Of a stretch of DNA of 64,000 nt, positions 29,230-44,843 are shown one piece after another; positions within the stretch are counted from its first letter, which is position 1; every line of letters starts with the position of its first letter. The position numbers and the translations under genes are program-made. The DNA lies in contig OZ024742.1 in NCBI GenBank assembly GCA_964016885.1, positions 224,006,001 to 224,070,000 on the forward strand, read 5' to 3'. The notes under the pieces were generated by a model, which had not been told where the DNA came from, did no database searches, and saw only the letters and a list, made by a program, of their open reading frames with translations. The DNA is from Eledone cirrhosa (lineage: Eukaryota).

Positions 29230-29271
<42 letters not shown>

Positions 29272-29332
29272 CGCCACTACTACTACTACTACCGCCACTA
29301 CTACTACTACTACTACTGCTACTACTACTACA

Positions 29333-29376
<44 letters not shown>

Positions 29377-29378
29377 CG

Positions 29379-29457
<79 letters not shown>

Positions 29458-29460
29458 ATT
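28215..29460. repeat. (GTT)n and (CAC)(TAC)n microsatellites around a SINE head (28888-28990)
   Basis: Visible. Confidence 0.9.
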
Positions 29461-29989
29461 AGCAACCACTGTTTTTCCCTTCAAGCCACCTTATATTTTA
29501 TTCGTTGTTGTTGTAGTAGTTGTATTGTTCGTAAGAGGAATTGTAATGGAATACATTTGCATATATTTGCATACAATTATAGAGGTGTCGCTTGAAAAAG
29601 CAAATATACATTAGCAGAGATAGATAGATAGAGAGAGAGTGAGAAGGGGGAGAGAGAGAGAGTGAGAAGGGGAGAGTGAGTGAGAGCGTGTGCTGCGTGT
29701 GTGTGTGTGTGTCTGTATGTGTGTATGTGAGCGTGTACATATATGTGTATGTGTGCATGTATGCGAATGGATGCACGTGTATGTACGGGTGTTTAAGTGC
29801 ATGTATAGGCGGGTGTATATGCGAATATTTGTGCGTATATGCGTGCATGCGTGTATGCGTGCATGCGTGCATGCATGCATGCGTTACTATGTATATGTTG
29901 CGTGTGTATGTGCATATTTATGTGTATCTACGACGTATATATGTATATGTATATGTATGCATATATATATATATATATATATATGTGTG

Positions 29990-30025
<36 letters not shown>

Positions 30026-30047
30026 CATATATGTATATATATATATG

Positions 30048-30114
<67 letters not shown>

Positions 30115-30199
30115 AAATAGACCAGAAATGGATCTGTTGACGAAAGCTGTCAAAGAAACACTTAAACAGCTTTTTCTGTTGCCTTTTTTAATCTAATAG

Positions 30200-30265
30200 A
30201 GTTGGTGGTGGTGGTGGTAGTGTTGGTGGTGGTGGTGGTGTTGTTGGTGATGGTGGTGGTGGCGG

Positions 30266-30296
<31 letters not shown>

Positions 30297-32230
30297 GTTG
30301 TTGTTGGTGGTGGTGGTGTTGTTGGTGGTGGTGTTGTTGTTGGTGGTGGTGTTGTTGGTGATGGGTGTTGGTGGTGGTGGTGGTGTTGTTGGTGGTGGTG
30401 GTGTTGTTGGTGACGGTGGGGTTGATGTTGTTGGTGGTGGTGTTGTTGTTGTTGGTGGTGGTGGTGTTGTTGGTGATGGGTGTTGGTGGTGGTGGTGGTG
30501 TTGTTGGTGGTGGTGGTGTTGTTGGTGACGGTGGAGTTGATGTTGTTGGTGGTGGTGTTGTTGTTGTTGTTGGTGGTGGTGTTGTTGGTGACGGTGGGGG
30601 TTGATGTTGTTGATGGTGGTGGTGGTGTTGTTGGTGGTGGTGGTGTTGTTGTTGGTGGTGGTGTTGTTGTTGGTGGTGGTGTTGTTGGTGACGGTGGGGT
30701 TGATGTTGTTGGTGGTGGTGTTGTTGGTGACGGTGGGGTTGATGTTGTTGGTGGTGGTGTTGTTGTTGTTGTTGGTGGTGGTGTTGTTGGTGACGGTGGG
30801 GTTGATGTTGTTGATGGTGGTGGTGGTGTTGTTGGTGGTGGTGGTGTTGTTGTTGGTGGTGGTGTTGTTGTTGGTGGTGGTGTTGTTGTTGGTGACGGTG
30901 GGGTTGATGTTGTTGGTGGTGGTGGTGGGGTTGGTGACGGTGGGGTTGATGTTGTTGGTGGTGGTGGTGGTGTTGTTGGTGGTGGTGGTGGTGGGGTTGA
31001 TGTTGTTGGTGGTGGTGGTGGTGTTGTTGGTGTTGGTGGTGGTGGTGTTGTTGGTGATGGGTGTTGGTGGTGGTGGTGGTGTTGTTGGTGGTGTTGTTGG
31101 TGATGGGTGTTGGTGGTGGTGGTGGTGTTGTTGGTGGTGGTGGTGTTGTTGGTGGTGGTGGTGTTGTTGGTGGTGGTGGTGTTGTTGGTGTTGTTGTTGT
31201 TGTTGTTGGTGGTGGTGGTGTTGTTGGTGGTGGTGGTGTTGTTGGTGGTGGTGGTTGTGTTGTTGGTGATGGGTGTTGTTGGTGACGGTGGGGTTGATGT
31301 TGTTGGTGGTGGTGGTGGTGTTGTTGGTGACGGTGGGGTTGATGTTGTTGGTGGTGGTGGTGGTGTTGTTGGTGGTGGTGGTTGTGTTGTTGGTGATGGG
31401 TGTTGTTGGTGACGGTGGGGTTGATGTTGTTGGTGGTGGTGGTGTTGGTGATGTTGGTGGTGATGTTGGTGACGGTGGGGTTGATGTTGTTGTTGGTGGT
31501 GGTGGTGTTGGTGATGTTGGTGGTGATGTTGGTGACGGTGGGGTTGATGTTGTTGTTGGTGGTGGTGGTGTTGTTGGTGATGGGTGTTGTTGATGGTGGT
31601 GGTGGTGGTGTTATTGGTGATGGGTGTTGTTGTTGTTGGTGGTGGGTGTTGTTGTTGGTGGTGGTGATGTTGTTGTTGGTGGTGGTGGTGTTATTGGTGG
31701 TGGTGGTGTTGTTGTTGGTGATGGTGGTGTTGACGGTGGAGTTGTTGGTGATGGTGGTGTTGACGGTGGAGTTGTTGGTGATGGTGGTGTTGACGGTGGT
31801 GGTGTTATTGTTGGTGGGTATTGTTGGTGGTGGTGCTGCTGTTGTTGTTGGTGGTGCTGCTGTTGTTGGTGGTGGTGCTGCTGTTGTTGTTGGTGGTGGT
31901 GCTGCTGTTGTTGGTGATGGTGATGCTGTTGTTGGTGGTGGTGCTGCTGTTGTTGATGTTGGTGGTAGTGGTGGTGGTGCTGTTGTTGGTGGTCCTGTTG
32001 GTGATGATGTTGTTGGTGTTATTGTTGTTGACGTGGTGCTGCTGATGAGGTTGCTGTTGTTGGTGGTGGGTGTTGTTGTTAGTGGTGTCATTGGTGTTGT
32101 AGTTGGCGGTGGTGGTGGTGGTGTTGATGTTGTTGTTGTTGGTGCTTGTGGTGATGTTGATGGTGGGCGTTGTTGTTATAGTTATTATTTTTGTTATTGT
32201 TGGTGTTGTTGTTGTCGTTGTTATTATTGT
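30200..32230. repeat. (GGT/GTT)n compound minisatellite with recurring gacggtggggttgat
   Basis: Visible. Confidence 0.9.
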
Positions 32231-32499
32231 CTCTCTTGATTTGTTTTTTTAAATCAGTGATCTAAACAATAGTGTCGGGGCGGGGGGGGGGGGGGGGGGG
32301 GGCTGGTTTTCTCCTTCACATTCCCCATACTTTCATTCTTTCTCCCTCACCATCTCTGGCACTCACTCTCACACTCCCTCTCCTTCTTACTTTCTATCAC
32401 GTGACCACTTCCTTATCCCTTGATATTCTACGTTATGACATAAACAAGGCTTATATAGTTTAGCAGGATAATAAAATAAGAAGCACTTTAAAAAGATTT

Positions 32500-33345
32500 G
32501 TTGTTGTTAATGATAATGATAATGTTGATGATGATGAAGATGATGTTGATGTTGATGACGATAATGATAATGATGATGGTGATGATGAAGATGATGATAA
32601 TGATGATAATCATCACGTTATCATTATTATCATCATCACCATCACCATCACCATCATCATCACCAGCACCACAAGCACCACCAGCATCAACACTACCAGC
32701 ACCACCACAACCACCAACATCACCGGCACCACCACATCAGCACCACCACCACCACCATCACCACCACCACAAGCACCACCACCCGAAGCCTCACCAACAC
32801 TACCAAGCACCACCACAACCACCAGCACCACCGGCACCACCACATCAGCACCACCACCACCACCATCACCACCACCACCACCACAAGCACCACCACCCGA
32901 AGCCTCACCAACACTACCAAGCACCACCACAACCACCAACATCACCGGCACCACCACATCAGCACCACCACCACCACCATCACCACCACCACCACCACAA
33001 GCACCACCACCCGAAGCATCACCAACACTACCACAACCAGCACAACTACCGGCACCACCACATCAGCACCACCACCACCACCACCACCACCACCACAAGC
33101 ACCACCACCCGAAGCATCACCAACACCACCACAACCAGCACCAGCAACAACACCACCAGCACCATCAACAAACCCCTCTAGCACCACCACCAGCACCACC
33201 ACAAGCAACACAACCACCAGCACCACAACCATCGACACCAGCAGCAGCAGCAGCAGCAGCAACACCACCACCACCGCCACCACCACCACCACCACCGACA
33301 CAAACAGCAGCAGCAGCAGCAGCAACACCACCACCACCACCAATA
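32500..33345. repeat. (GAT)n then (CAC)-rich ~120-bp tandem repeat (about 4 units)
   Basis: cccgaagc and caccggcaccaccacatcag recur at about 114-120 bp spacing. Confidence 0.8.
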
Positions 33346-33639
33346 ATGCTTACAAGCCCTCCCCCATCCGCCCACAACTGCCATGATGAAGTTCGTCCTT
33401 TTATTTCCAGTTTAGTAGATTGGATTTAACTTTACTTTTATTTAATTGGACAATTGTAATTATTTAAAAAAACTATATTTAAATATATCGTGTAAATACG
33501 GTTTAATAGAAAAAGAAAAAAAAGAAAATTTAGATTGAGAAGAATGGAATGTAAAATAGGAAAATATAAAGAAAAAAGAGAATAATAAAGAAAAAACCAG
33601 GAAGGAGAGGGAATGGCAAGGAGTCTAGTGTAAAACAGA

Positions 33640-34525
33640 AGAATGGAGAGGTGGGTTGGGCTCCGCGACTAGGGCGCGATGGTGAAAGGATTGCGCTCTG
33701 CGGACAAACCGCAAAAGCAACCACCACTGCAACAGCCACCTCACCTCGCGTTCCGATCTTTCGGAGCGAGCTCGACTGTACGGGGTCCAAGAATGCCTGA
33801 GATCTCAACGGTGCGAAGAGAAAGCGGCCGGACATCTCCCGGTATTTGTTTATTTTCCGTTCCTCTGCGAGGCGGGCCGCGGTACCCGGATTTGTGGCTG
33901 AAACGAAACGACTAAGTTGGAGGCGGAGAACGTGTCGCAATAGGTGGCATCCCAGATGAGGGATCTACCTCCTTCGAATGAGAAGAGAGTGATTCCATCG
34001 GGACGCTTGCCATCTCCGCGGTCTAGGCCTGCTGGCTCCAGTTGAGATGGAAAGCTAGCTGCATCCAGGCTCCTTCGCAGTATGTCGTTGAGAGCGGCGT
34101 GTCGGGGGAACGCGCCCACGCTCTGGCGACAAGACAGTGGGTGCAGGCCGAAATTGTCAACAACCGACCCGCAACGGCATTTATGTGGCTCACACACGCG
34201 GAGATCGAGGCGTTTGGCTACTCCGATGCGAGTGCACTCATCATCAAGAAGGATACCAGTTGATGAGGGGGACACCGAATTGAGCCACGCGCCGCTGTTA
34301 AGCTGAGAAGCGGAGCGGTGTTGGTCCAAGCCAGACTCGATTCGCCTGACAGAAGACATGCATTTCATGTCGTTCCAGTTACGCTGGACCGTAGTATACT
34401 GGGGTACAGAGAGGACTTCGCCTATCCAGTAGGCTAGAGCCTGCTCAAGTCCTGGGGCCAGGTCAGGCTTGGCTGTCTGGCTGAGAACCTCGCTGGTGAG
34501 GGCGCGACTGGATTGAGGAGAGGTA
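33640..34525 (-). pseudogene. CRE-like non-LTR retrotransposon 3' fragment (CCHC knuckle plus PD-(D/E)xK endonuclease)
   Basis: SGAWL...CRCG..VD..GLH.LSC...RHAALND...EP.GL.R.DGKRPDG......R.L.WDAT..DT, then a frameshift into AARLAEERKINKY. Confidence 0.88.
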
Positions 34526-35319
34526 GGCAGGTGTCATTTTATTGACTAGCTAATGTTTGTTGTAGGTAGTTGTTGGGTAGGCAATACTTACACACATGCA
34601 CACAAATAAACACACACAAACAAACGCACAAACACACGCACACACAAGCTCCCCCCCACAAGCACAATCACACCCACACAAACACATACACAAACAAACA
34701 CACACACAACCCACCCACGCAAACATATACACACACAAACACAAACACGCACACACACAAAAACACAAACACGCATACGCACACACACATACGCACACAC
34801 TAACATACAAACAAACAAACAAACGCATACACACTCTCCCCCTCGCACAACAATCACCCCCTCACTCACAACCACCACCACCACCACCACCATCACCACT
34901 ATCATTACGACGACCACCACCCACCACCACCATCAACAACACCATCACCCCCACCCCACAATAACACCAATCGCCTCCACCTCCACTGCAAACCCCCACA
35001 ACCCTCACCATCCCAACCACTACCACCACTATCATCACCACCATCATCACAACTACCGCCCCTCCCCCTATCTACCTCCCTCCTCCACTACGACCACCAC
35101 CTCCTCCACCACCATTACCATCACCACAGCCACCACCACTATCATCACTACTCCCCACCACCATCACCGCCATCGCCGCCGCCACCACCAAATACACCAA
35201 CACCAACACAGCCACCTACACCACCACCATCATTACCTCTAACACCACCAACACCACCAACACTATAACCACAATTAACATCATTACCACCCCCACCACT
35301 ACCACCTCCACCACCACCA

Positions 35320-38300
35320 CCACAAAGACGACGACGACGACCACCACCACCACCACCACCACAAAGACGACGACGACGACGACCACCACCACCCCCACCC
35401 CCACCACCACCACAAAGACGACGACGACGACGACGACCACCACCACCACCACAAAGACGACGACGACGACGACGACCACCACCACCACCACAAAGACGAC
35501 GACGACGACGACCACCACCACCACCACAAAGACGACGACGACGACGACCACCACCACCACCACCACCACAAAGACGACGACGACGACGACGACCACCACC
35601 ACCACCACCACAAAGACGACGACGACGACGACCACCACCACCACCACCACAAAGACGACGACGACGACGACGACCACCACCACCACCACCACAAAGACGA
35701 CGACGACGACGACGACCACCACCACCACCACAAAGACGACGACGACGACGACCACCACCACCACCACCACCACAAAGACGACGACGACGACGACGACCAC
35801 CACCACCACCACCACAAAGACGACGACGACGACGACCACCACCACCACCACCACCACCACAAAGACGACGACGACGACGACCACCCCCACCCCCACCACC
35901 ACCACAAAGACGACGACGACGACGACGACCACCACCACCACCACCACCACAAAGACGACGACGACGACCACCACCACCACCACCACCACCACCACAAAGA
36001 CGACGACGACGACGACCACCCCCACCCCCACCACAAAGACGACGACGACGACGACGACCACCACCACCACCACCACAAAGACGACGACGACGACGACCAC
36101 CACCACCACCACCACAAAGACGACGACGACGACGACGACCACCACCACCACCACCACAAAGACGACGACGACGACGACGACCACCACCACCACCACCACA
36201 AAGACGACGACGACGACGACCACCACCACCACCACCACAAAGACGACGACGACGACGACCACCACCACCACCACCACCACAAAGACGACGACGACGACCA
36301 CCACCACCACCACCACCACCACAAAGACGACGACGACGACGACCACCCCCACCCCCACCACCACCACAAAGACGACGACGACGACGACCACCACCACCAC
36401 CACCACCACCACAAAGACGACGACGACGACGACCACCCCCACCACCACCACCACCACAAAGACGACGACGACCACCACCACCACCACCACCACCACAAAG
36501 ACGACGACCACCACCACCACCACCACCACCACCACCACAAAGACGACGACGACGACCACCACCACCACCACCACCACCACCACAAAGACGACGACGACGA
36601 CGACCACCCCCACCCCCACCACCACCACAAAGACGACGACGACCACCACCACCACCACCACCACCACCACAAAGACGACGACGACGACGACCACCACCAC
36701 CACCACCACCACCACCACAAAGACGACGACGACGACCACCACCACCACCACCACCACCACCACAAAGACGACGACGACGACGACCACCCCCACCCCCACC
36801 ACCACCACAAAGACGACGACCACCACCACCACCACCACCACCACCACCACCACAAAGACGACGACGACGACGACCACCCCCACCCCCACCACCACCACAA
36901 AGACGACGACCACCACCACCACCACCACCACCACCACCACAAAGACGACGACGACGACGACGACCACCACCACCACCACCACCACAAAGACGACGACGAC
37001 GACGACCACCCCCACCCCCACCACCACCACAAAGACGACGACGACCACCACCACCACCACCACCACCACCACAAAGACGACGACGACGACGACGACCACC
37101 ACCACCACCACCACCACCACAAAGACGACGACGACGACGACCACCACCACCACCACCACCACCACAAAGACGACGACGACGACGACCACCCCCACCCCCA
37201 CCACCACCACAAAGACGACGACCACCACCACCACCACCACCACCACCACTACAAAGACGACGACGACGACGACCACCCCCACCCCCACCACCACCACAAA
37301 GACGACGACCACCACCACCACCACCACCACCACCACCACCACAAAGACGACGACGACGACGACCACCCCCACCCCCACCACCACCACAAAGACGACGACC
37401 ACCACCACCACCACCACCACCACCACCACAAAGACGACGACGACGACGACCACCACCACCACCACCACCACCACAAAGACGACGACGACGACGACCACCC
37501 CCACCCCCACCACCACCACAAAGACGACGACGACGACGACCACCACCACCACCACCACAAAGACGACGACGACGACGACCACCCCCACCCCCACCACCAC
37601 CACAAAGACGACGACGACGACCACCACCACCACCACCACCACCACAAAGACGACGACGACGACGACGACCACCACCACCACCACCACCACAAAGACGACG
37701 ACGACGACGACCACCCCCACCCCCACCACCACCACAAAGACGACGACGACGACGACCACCCCCACCCCCACCACCACCACAAAGACGACGACGACGACGA
37801 CCACCACCACCACCACCACCACAAAGACGACGACGACGACGACGACCACCACCACCACCACCACCACAAAGACGACGACGACGACGACGACGACCACCAC
37901 CACCACCACCACAAAGACGACGACGACGACGACCACCCCCACCCCCACCACCACCACAAAGACGACGACCACCACCACCACCACCACCACCACCACCACC
38001 ACAAAGACGACGACGACGACGACCACCCCCACCCCCACCACCACCACAAAGACGACGACGACCACCACCACCACCACCACCACCACCACAAAGACGACGA
38101 CGACGACGACCACCACCACCACCACCACCACCACAAAGACGACGACGACGATGACCACCCCCACCCCCACCACCACCACAAAGACGACGACGACGACCAC
38201 CACCACCACCACCACCACCACAAAGACGACGACGACGACGACGACCACCACCACCACCACCACCACAAAGACGACGACGACGACGACCACCCCCACCCCC

Positions 38301-39560
38301 ACCACAAAGACGACGACGACGACGACCACCCCCACCCCCACCACCACCACAAAGACGACGACGACGACGACCACCACCACCACCACCACCACAAAGACGA
38401 CGACGACGACGACGACCACCACCACCACCACAAAGACGACGACGACGACGACGACCACCACCACCACCACCACCACAAAGACGACGACGACGACCACCCC
38501 CACCCCCACCACCACCACAAAGACGACGACGACGACCACCACCACCACCACCACCACCACAAAGACGACGACGACGACGACCACCCCCACCCCCACCACC
38601 ACCACAAAGACGACGACGACGACCACCACCACCACCACCACCACAAAGACGACGACGACGACGACGACGACCACCACCACCACCACCACAAAGACGACGA
38701 CGACGACCACCACCACCACCACCACCACCACAAAGACGACGACGACGACGACCACCACCACCACCACCACCACCACAAAGACGACGACGACGACCACCCC
38801 CACCCCCACCACCACCACAAAGACGACGACGACCACCACCACCACCACCACCACCACAAAGACGACGACGACGACGACGACGACCACCACCACCACCACC
38901 ACAAAGACGACGACGACGACGACGACCACCACCACCACCACCACCACAAAGACGACGACGACGACGACGACCACCACCACCACCACCACAAAGACGACGA
39001 CGACCACCACCACCACCACCACCACCACCACAAAGACGACGACGACGACGACCACCCCCACCCCCACCACCACCACAAAGACGACGACGACGACCACCAC
39101 CACCACCACCACCACCACAAAGACGACGACGACGACGACCACCACCACCACCACCACCACCACAAAGACGACGACGACGACGACCACCACCACCACCCCC
39201 ACCACCACCCCAAACACCACCCCCACCCCCACCCCAACCACCACCCCCACCACCACCACAAAGACGACGACCACCACCACCACCACCACCACCACCACCA
39301 CAAAGACGACGACGACGACGACCACCACCACCACCACCACAAAGACGACGACGACGACGACCACCCCATCCCCACCACCACCACAAAGACGACGACGACG
39401 ACGACCACCCCCACCCCCCCACCACCACAAAGACGACGACGACCACCACCACCACCACCACCACAAAGACGACAACGACCACCACCACCACCCCCACCAC
39501 AAAGACGACGACGACGACCACCACCACCACCCCCACAAAGACGACGACGACGACCACCAC
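35320..39560. repeat. 4.2-kb compound minisatellite AAA(GAC)n(CAC)m, roughly 100 units
   Basis: Visible; units mostly 36-48 bp and multiples of 3; recurring cacccccacccccac variant. Confidence 0.95.
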
Positions 39561-40543
39561 CACCACCACCACCACCACAACCACCACCACCACCACCACC
39601 ACCACCACCACCACCACGACCACCACCACCACCACCACCACACCACCACCAGCACCACCACCACCACCACCACCACGACCACCACCACCACCACCACCAC
39701 CACCACCACCACCACCACCACACCACCACCACCACCACACCACCACCACCACAAAGACGACGACGACGACGACGACCACCACCACCACCACCACCACCAC
39801 CACCACCAGCAACAGTCACCAATTAGAAAGTAGCAGAGGTACCACCGTGAAAGCCAGTTGATGGGAATTCTAGACAACTATTAATGGCTGATTGTCAAAG
39901 ATTAAGAGCAACATAACACCTTAAATACCTTTCTTCCGTACACTCCAATACGTACATACACACACACACCACTCGTATACACATACATATATAAACACAT
40001 ACACACAAACACACATACACATACATGCATACACATACACATACACAAATGTCCTCACATGTATTACATATATGTTACATAGATGCTCTTACACACATCT
40101 ACACTCACATACATGCCCATACACGCATACATATACGCATGCACACGCATGTACACGTACACACGCATGCACACATTCACACACACATGCACACACATGC
40201 GTACACATACATGCATACGTGCATTTACAACTATAAATAGGCAATCACACCCATACATACACACATAAGCACACATATACACAAACACACATACACACAC
40301 ATACACACGCACATACACATATATATATACATACATACACATATAAACATCCACACATCCACACACATTAACACACATACACACATATATATATATATTT
40401 ACATATGTAAACACGCCCCCCCCACACACACATACACATATATATACATACATACACATATAAACATCGACACACATTAACACACATACACACATATATA
40501 TATTTACATATGTAAACACGCACTCACAAACCCCCCCACACAC

Positions 40544-40639
<96 letters not shown>

Positions 40640-40694
40640 TCTACTTAGCCTCGGATACCAATGACTTGTGAATGAAATTTAGTTGACGGGGAAG

Positions 40695-41528
40695 AACGAT
40701 TAAATTTGACCCCAGTGTTTGACTGGTACTATTAATCTTGGAAGGTTGAAAGGCAAAGTCCATGTCGGATGGGATTTAAGCTCAGATTGTAAAGAGCTGT
40801 AACAAAATAGCGCAAAGCATTTTGGCCGATGCTCTACAGATTTTGTCAACATCCTCCCACACCTGCAATGGTTTCTAATTTAGGAACGAGATCTACAATT
40901 TGGAGGGTGCAAGGGAAAGGCAAAGTTGACCACGGCAGGATTTGAACTTAGAACGTAAAGAGTTCAACTAAATACCACAAAGCATTTTCTCCTCCGACGC
41001 TCAACCGATACTTCTAGTCTCAACCTTATGATTAAGGAAACGACCACTGAAACTTTGTGACGCTAGCGACACTTAACGGCAATAATTGGTTTCTACTTTA
41101 GGCACAATGCCAGCAATTTTGGAGGAGGGGGGGGGGAGTCGATTAAATCAATCCCAGTGCATTACTGGTACTTTATTTTATCGACCGCAAAGGTAACCCC
41201 GGCGGGATTTGAACTATGAGCGTAAAGGACCGTAACTCAATGCCACAAAACATGCTGTCCGGCGCTCTACCGATAATGCCAATCCACCACCCGAACATAA
41301 CGATAATAATTGTTTCTACTTTAGGCACAAGGCCAGCAATTTTAGGGGAAGGGAAAAGTCGATTAAATCGACCCCAGTGCGTTACTGGTATTTTATTTTA
41401 TCGACCCCGTAAGGATGAAAGACAAAGCCAACCCCGGCGGGATTTGAACTCAGATCAGAAAGGGCCGTAACTCTATGCTGCGCAGCATGGCGTCTGATCC
41501 TCTACCGATACTGCCACTCCACCGCCCT
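40695..41528 (-). mobile_element. Cluster of about 4 Nin-like SINE copies of different ages
   Basis: Repeated core and heads; copies at 41080-41292 and 41305-41528 include an extra ggggaagg...gtcgattaaatc segment. Confidence 0.8.
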
Positions 41529-42461
41529 ACACACTAAACGATAATAATAAAAAACAAAAACAATATCAACAACATAACCCCCCCCACACACACACACACA
41601 CACCATCAACAACAACGGCATCAACAAGATCACCACCAGCATCTCTAACACTAGCACTACCACCGTCACAACCATCGTGGCCGCCGCTGCGACTACTACC
41701 ACCACCACCACAACCAACACCACCACCAAAACAATATCTATAGACATTCCCGAAGTAACAGTGGTGTAGATATATAATGGAAACTTCCGGAAATATTTTG
41801 TCATCAATTCCGGCTCCTTTATGTCTTGCTAAGTTTCACACTAATATTTCTTCACTTCCTTCTTCTTCTACTTCCATTAACACACACCACCACCACCACC
41901 ACCAGCACGACGTCGACCACTGCCGCCACCATCACTGACACGACACCGACTACCACCTCCACCACCGTCGCCGCCACCGCTAGCAAGCAGCAGCATCACC
42001 AGTACCACCACCACCAGTACCACCAGTACCACCACCAACACCACCACCAGCACCAGCACCGCCACCACCACCGGCTAATAACTACATTAATATATATCGT
42101 GTGTGAGAAATATCTTGGAAGCCGTGTCTATCGTCAACTTAAAAGTTTTAACGAAAGAGGAACACCCACGGGAAAATAGAAAACGAGACGCAATTACAAC
42201 TGTATTAGAGGGAAATATGTTTGTGTGTGTATATATATATATATATATATACAAATAAATTATCGAGAATCGGAACCTCGGCCCACGAAATAAAGAAACA
42301 CAATCTTCGAAATGTGTGGCAAAGGGCTCAATAGTTTGGATAAACCAGAGCTATAACTGACGTTTAATACCAACACACTGAGACGATGCTTAAACAATCA
42401 TTCGCACAGCCGAAAAAACGACCAAGAAAATTCGGGTCAGACAAATAAAAATATATATGAA

Positions 42462-42495
<34 letters not shown>

Positions 42496-42559
42496 ATCAG
42501 TGTGTGTGTCTGTGTGTTAAACATTAATGAATGTGTGTGTGGTGGACTTTAGTCGGTGC

Positions 42560-43050
42560 CGACGATGAGTGTCCCAGTTGTTTGATCAACGGAACAACCA
42601 ACACGTGAAGGTTACGTGCAAGTGACTGAGCATTACACAGACACACGCACCCTTAACCCTTTAGCATTTACATTAGTCTATGTTTACTATTGTATTTTCA
42701 TGGTAAAGGCTTTATCTTACATGATATCTCACATAATATCGAATCTATGAGACTTTGATATTATTTATGTTGAGAACAATACTTTAACATTAGTATGAGC
42801 AGCTGGTTACAGCCGGTTTGAACAGAAAGAGGTGAGAGAACTGTGGCCGGATATGGCCGGTTTAAATACTAGTGTTAACGTAGTTCTCAATGAGATTCAG
42901 TGTGACATATTGTGTAACAAAGCAGGCTTTTTGTATTACAGATTCAACTAATATTTTCCTGTTGTGTCAACTGGAGAAACGTGAATCAAACAAACTCACA
43001 GCCTTACGATTGTGAGACGAACACTCCTAATAACTAAGCCACGCACCTTC
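42560..43050 (-). mobile_element. Decayed OK-like tRNA SINE interrupted by a MITE
   Basis: ctaagccacgcacc (A box, reverse) at the right end; body resumes as ccttaa|cgtagttctc across the insert. Confidence 0.65.
42657..42874. mobile_element. piggyBac-like MITE with TTAA TSD
   Basis: TTAA at 42653-42656 and 42875-42878; left end CCCTTTAGCATTTA, decayed right end TAAATACTAGTG. Confidence 0.55.
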
Positions 43051-43244
43051 ACAACATTGCATACCATCCTGCATTAATCTTTCATTGTACCAGTAAAGTA
43101 CCAGTAATGCACTGGGTAATTGTTGGCCTTGTGCCTAAAGTAGAAACAATTAATCTTTCATTGTAAAGATCAGTTGCAACATGTAATCAACCTCTTAGCG
43201 ATTACCTACTGCAATAAGAATTGACTGATAATTATCAGAGTAAA

Positions 43245-43585
43245 CATTGATAAAATCTTGGCTTATGTTGTATTGCTGAGTAAACTGATCAAATCTTGGC
43301 TTATGTTGCTGAGAAAACTGATCAAATCTTGGCTTATGTTGCTGAGAAAACAGATCAAATCTTGGCTTTTGTTGCTGAGAAAACTGATCAAATCTTGGTT
43401 TATGTTGCTGAGAAAACTGATCAAATCTTGGTTTATGTTGCTGAGAAAACAGATCAAATCTTGGCTTATGTTGCTGAGAAAACTGATCAAATCTTGGTTT
43501 ATGTTGCTGACAAAACTGATCAAATCTTGGCTTATGTTGCTGAGAAAACTGATCAAATCTTGACTCATGCTGCTAACAAAACTGC
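43245..43585. repeat. 33-bp tandem repeat, about 10 copies
   Basis: Unit ctgatcaaatcttggcttatgttgctgagaaaa. Confidence 0.95.
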
Positions 43586-43923
43586 TTTACATCAGCATTG
43601 AGTATGCTGACCAACACATATTTTACTGTCTAAGAAGTCAAATTAATTTTATCGATCGTTTTTCTGTCGAACCGCTAATTCACGGGAAACAAACACAGAC
43701 ACAGGCACAAACGTAAGTATAGTCACACACACATACGTACACGCACACACACACACTCACACACATACACACATACACACAGGTACACACATACACACAC
43801 ATTTATAATGCATGTAGACAGAAGCCGTGCAGATGCTGACGGTAAATATACTAATCCTAGTTGTAATTCCATCCTTTAATGTTTTTTATTCTTTTTAATT
43901 ATTCTGATTTTTAAACTAACACT

Positions 43924-44028
<105 letters not shown>

Positions 44029-44312
44029 CTATCTATACCTCTATCCTCACATAAACGAACAGTAAAACACAAAACGTTTACTGATTTAACAAGTTTTATC
44101 TTGATTATTTGTTTCAACTATTCTTCGTTCCAGCTGTCTATAGGCCACTCCTCTCACCTCGCGTCTAGCTTACCCCTCAGTCCTCAGTTACGTAACTCTG
44201 CCAGGGACTACGCACAACTTCAACTCCTACACAACCCACCATATATATATTTATATATACAGTGGGCAAATATTCCACTCAAAAGACTTTAGTCATCTCG
44301 TGTCTATAGTAC

Positions 44313-44843
44313 AGAGGAGGTTCTCAAAGTGGGCGCTACCGCCCACCGAGGGGGGTGGGGGTGCTGGAGCCTTAGGGTGTAGTGCGGGTGGTAGAGATGA
44401 TATAATAGTATATTAAATATCAAATCATATATATTATATATAAATATAGTAAAATAAAAAATATATATAATACTCATTTATACATAGTATACAGTATATT
44501 ATTTATTATTTGACAGTATCGGTAGAAGGTCGGACGCCATGTTTTCTAACATAGAGTTACGACCCTTTATGGTCTGAGTTCAAATCCCGCCGAGGTTAAC
44601 TTTGCTTTTCATCCTTATGGGGTCGATAAAATGAAGTACCAGTAATGCATTGGGAGAATAGCTGGCCTTGTGCCAAAAGTAGAAACAATTATATTATTTA
44701 TTAAAAATAAATTAACGATTTTATTTATTTTATATTATTTACAATTTGCGTGTAGGCAGGTCTCTCTGGAAATAGGCGTGGGGCACTGAGGGTATTACGT
44801 GGCAGTGAGGGGGCGGTGGCCCCAAAAGTTTCAGAACCTTTGC
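44313..44843. mobile_element. Possible decayed hAT-type MITE containing a SINE (44510-44692,+)
   Basis: gaggttctcaaagt / agtttcagaacctt imperfect TIRs; ctatagt on both flanks. Confidence 0.4.

Noticed and set aside
28705-29595. Poly-L/H/Y 296-aa ORF
   Set aside because: (GTT)n and (TAC)n microsatellites flanking a SINE head
35148-39877. 1500-aa ORFs (poly-V, G/R, W/S, T/K)
   Set aside because: Translations of a stop-free triplet minisatellite, open in most frames; no domain or splice support
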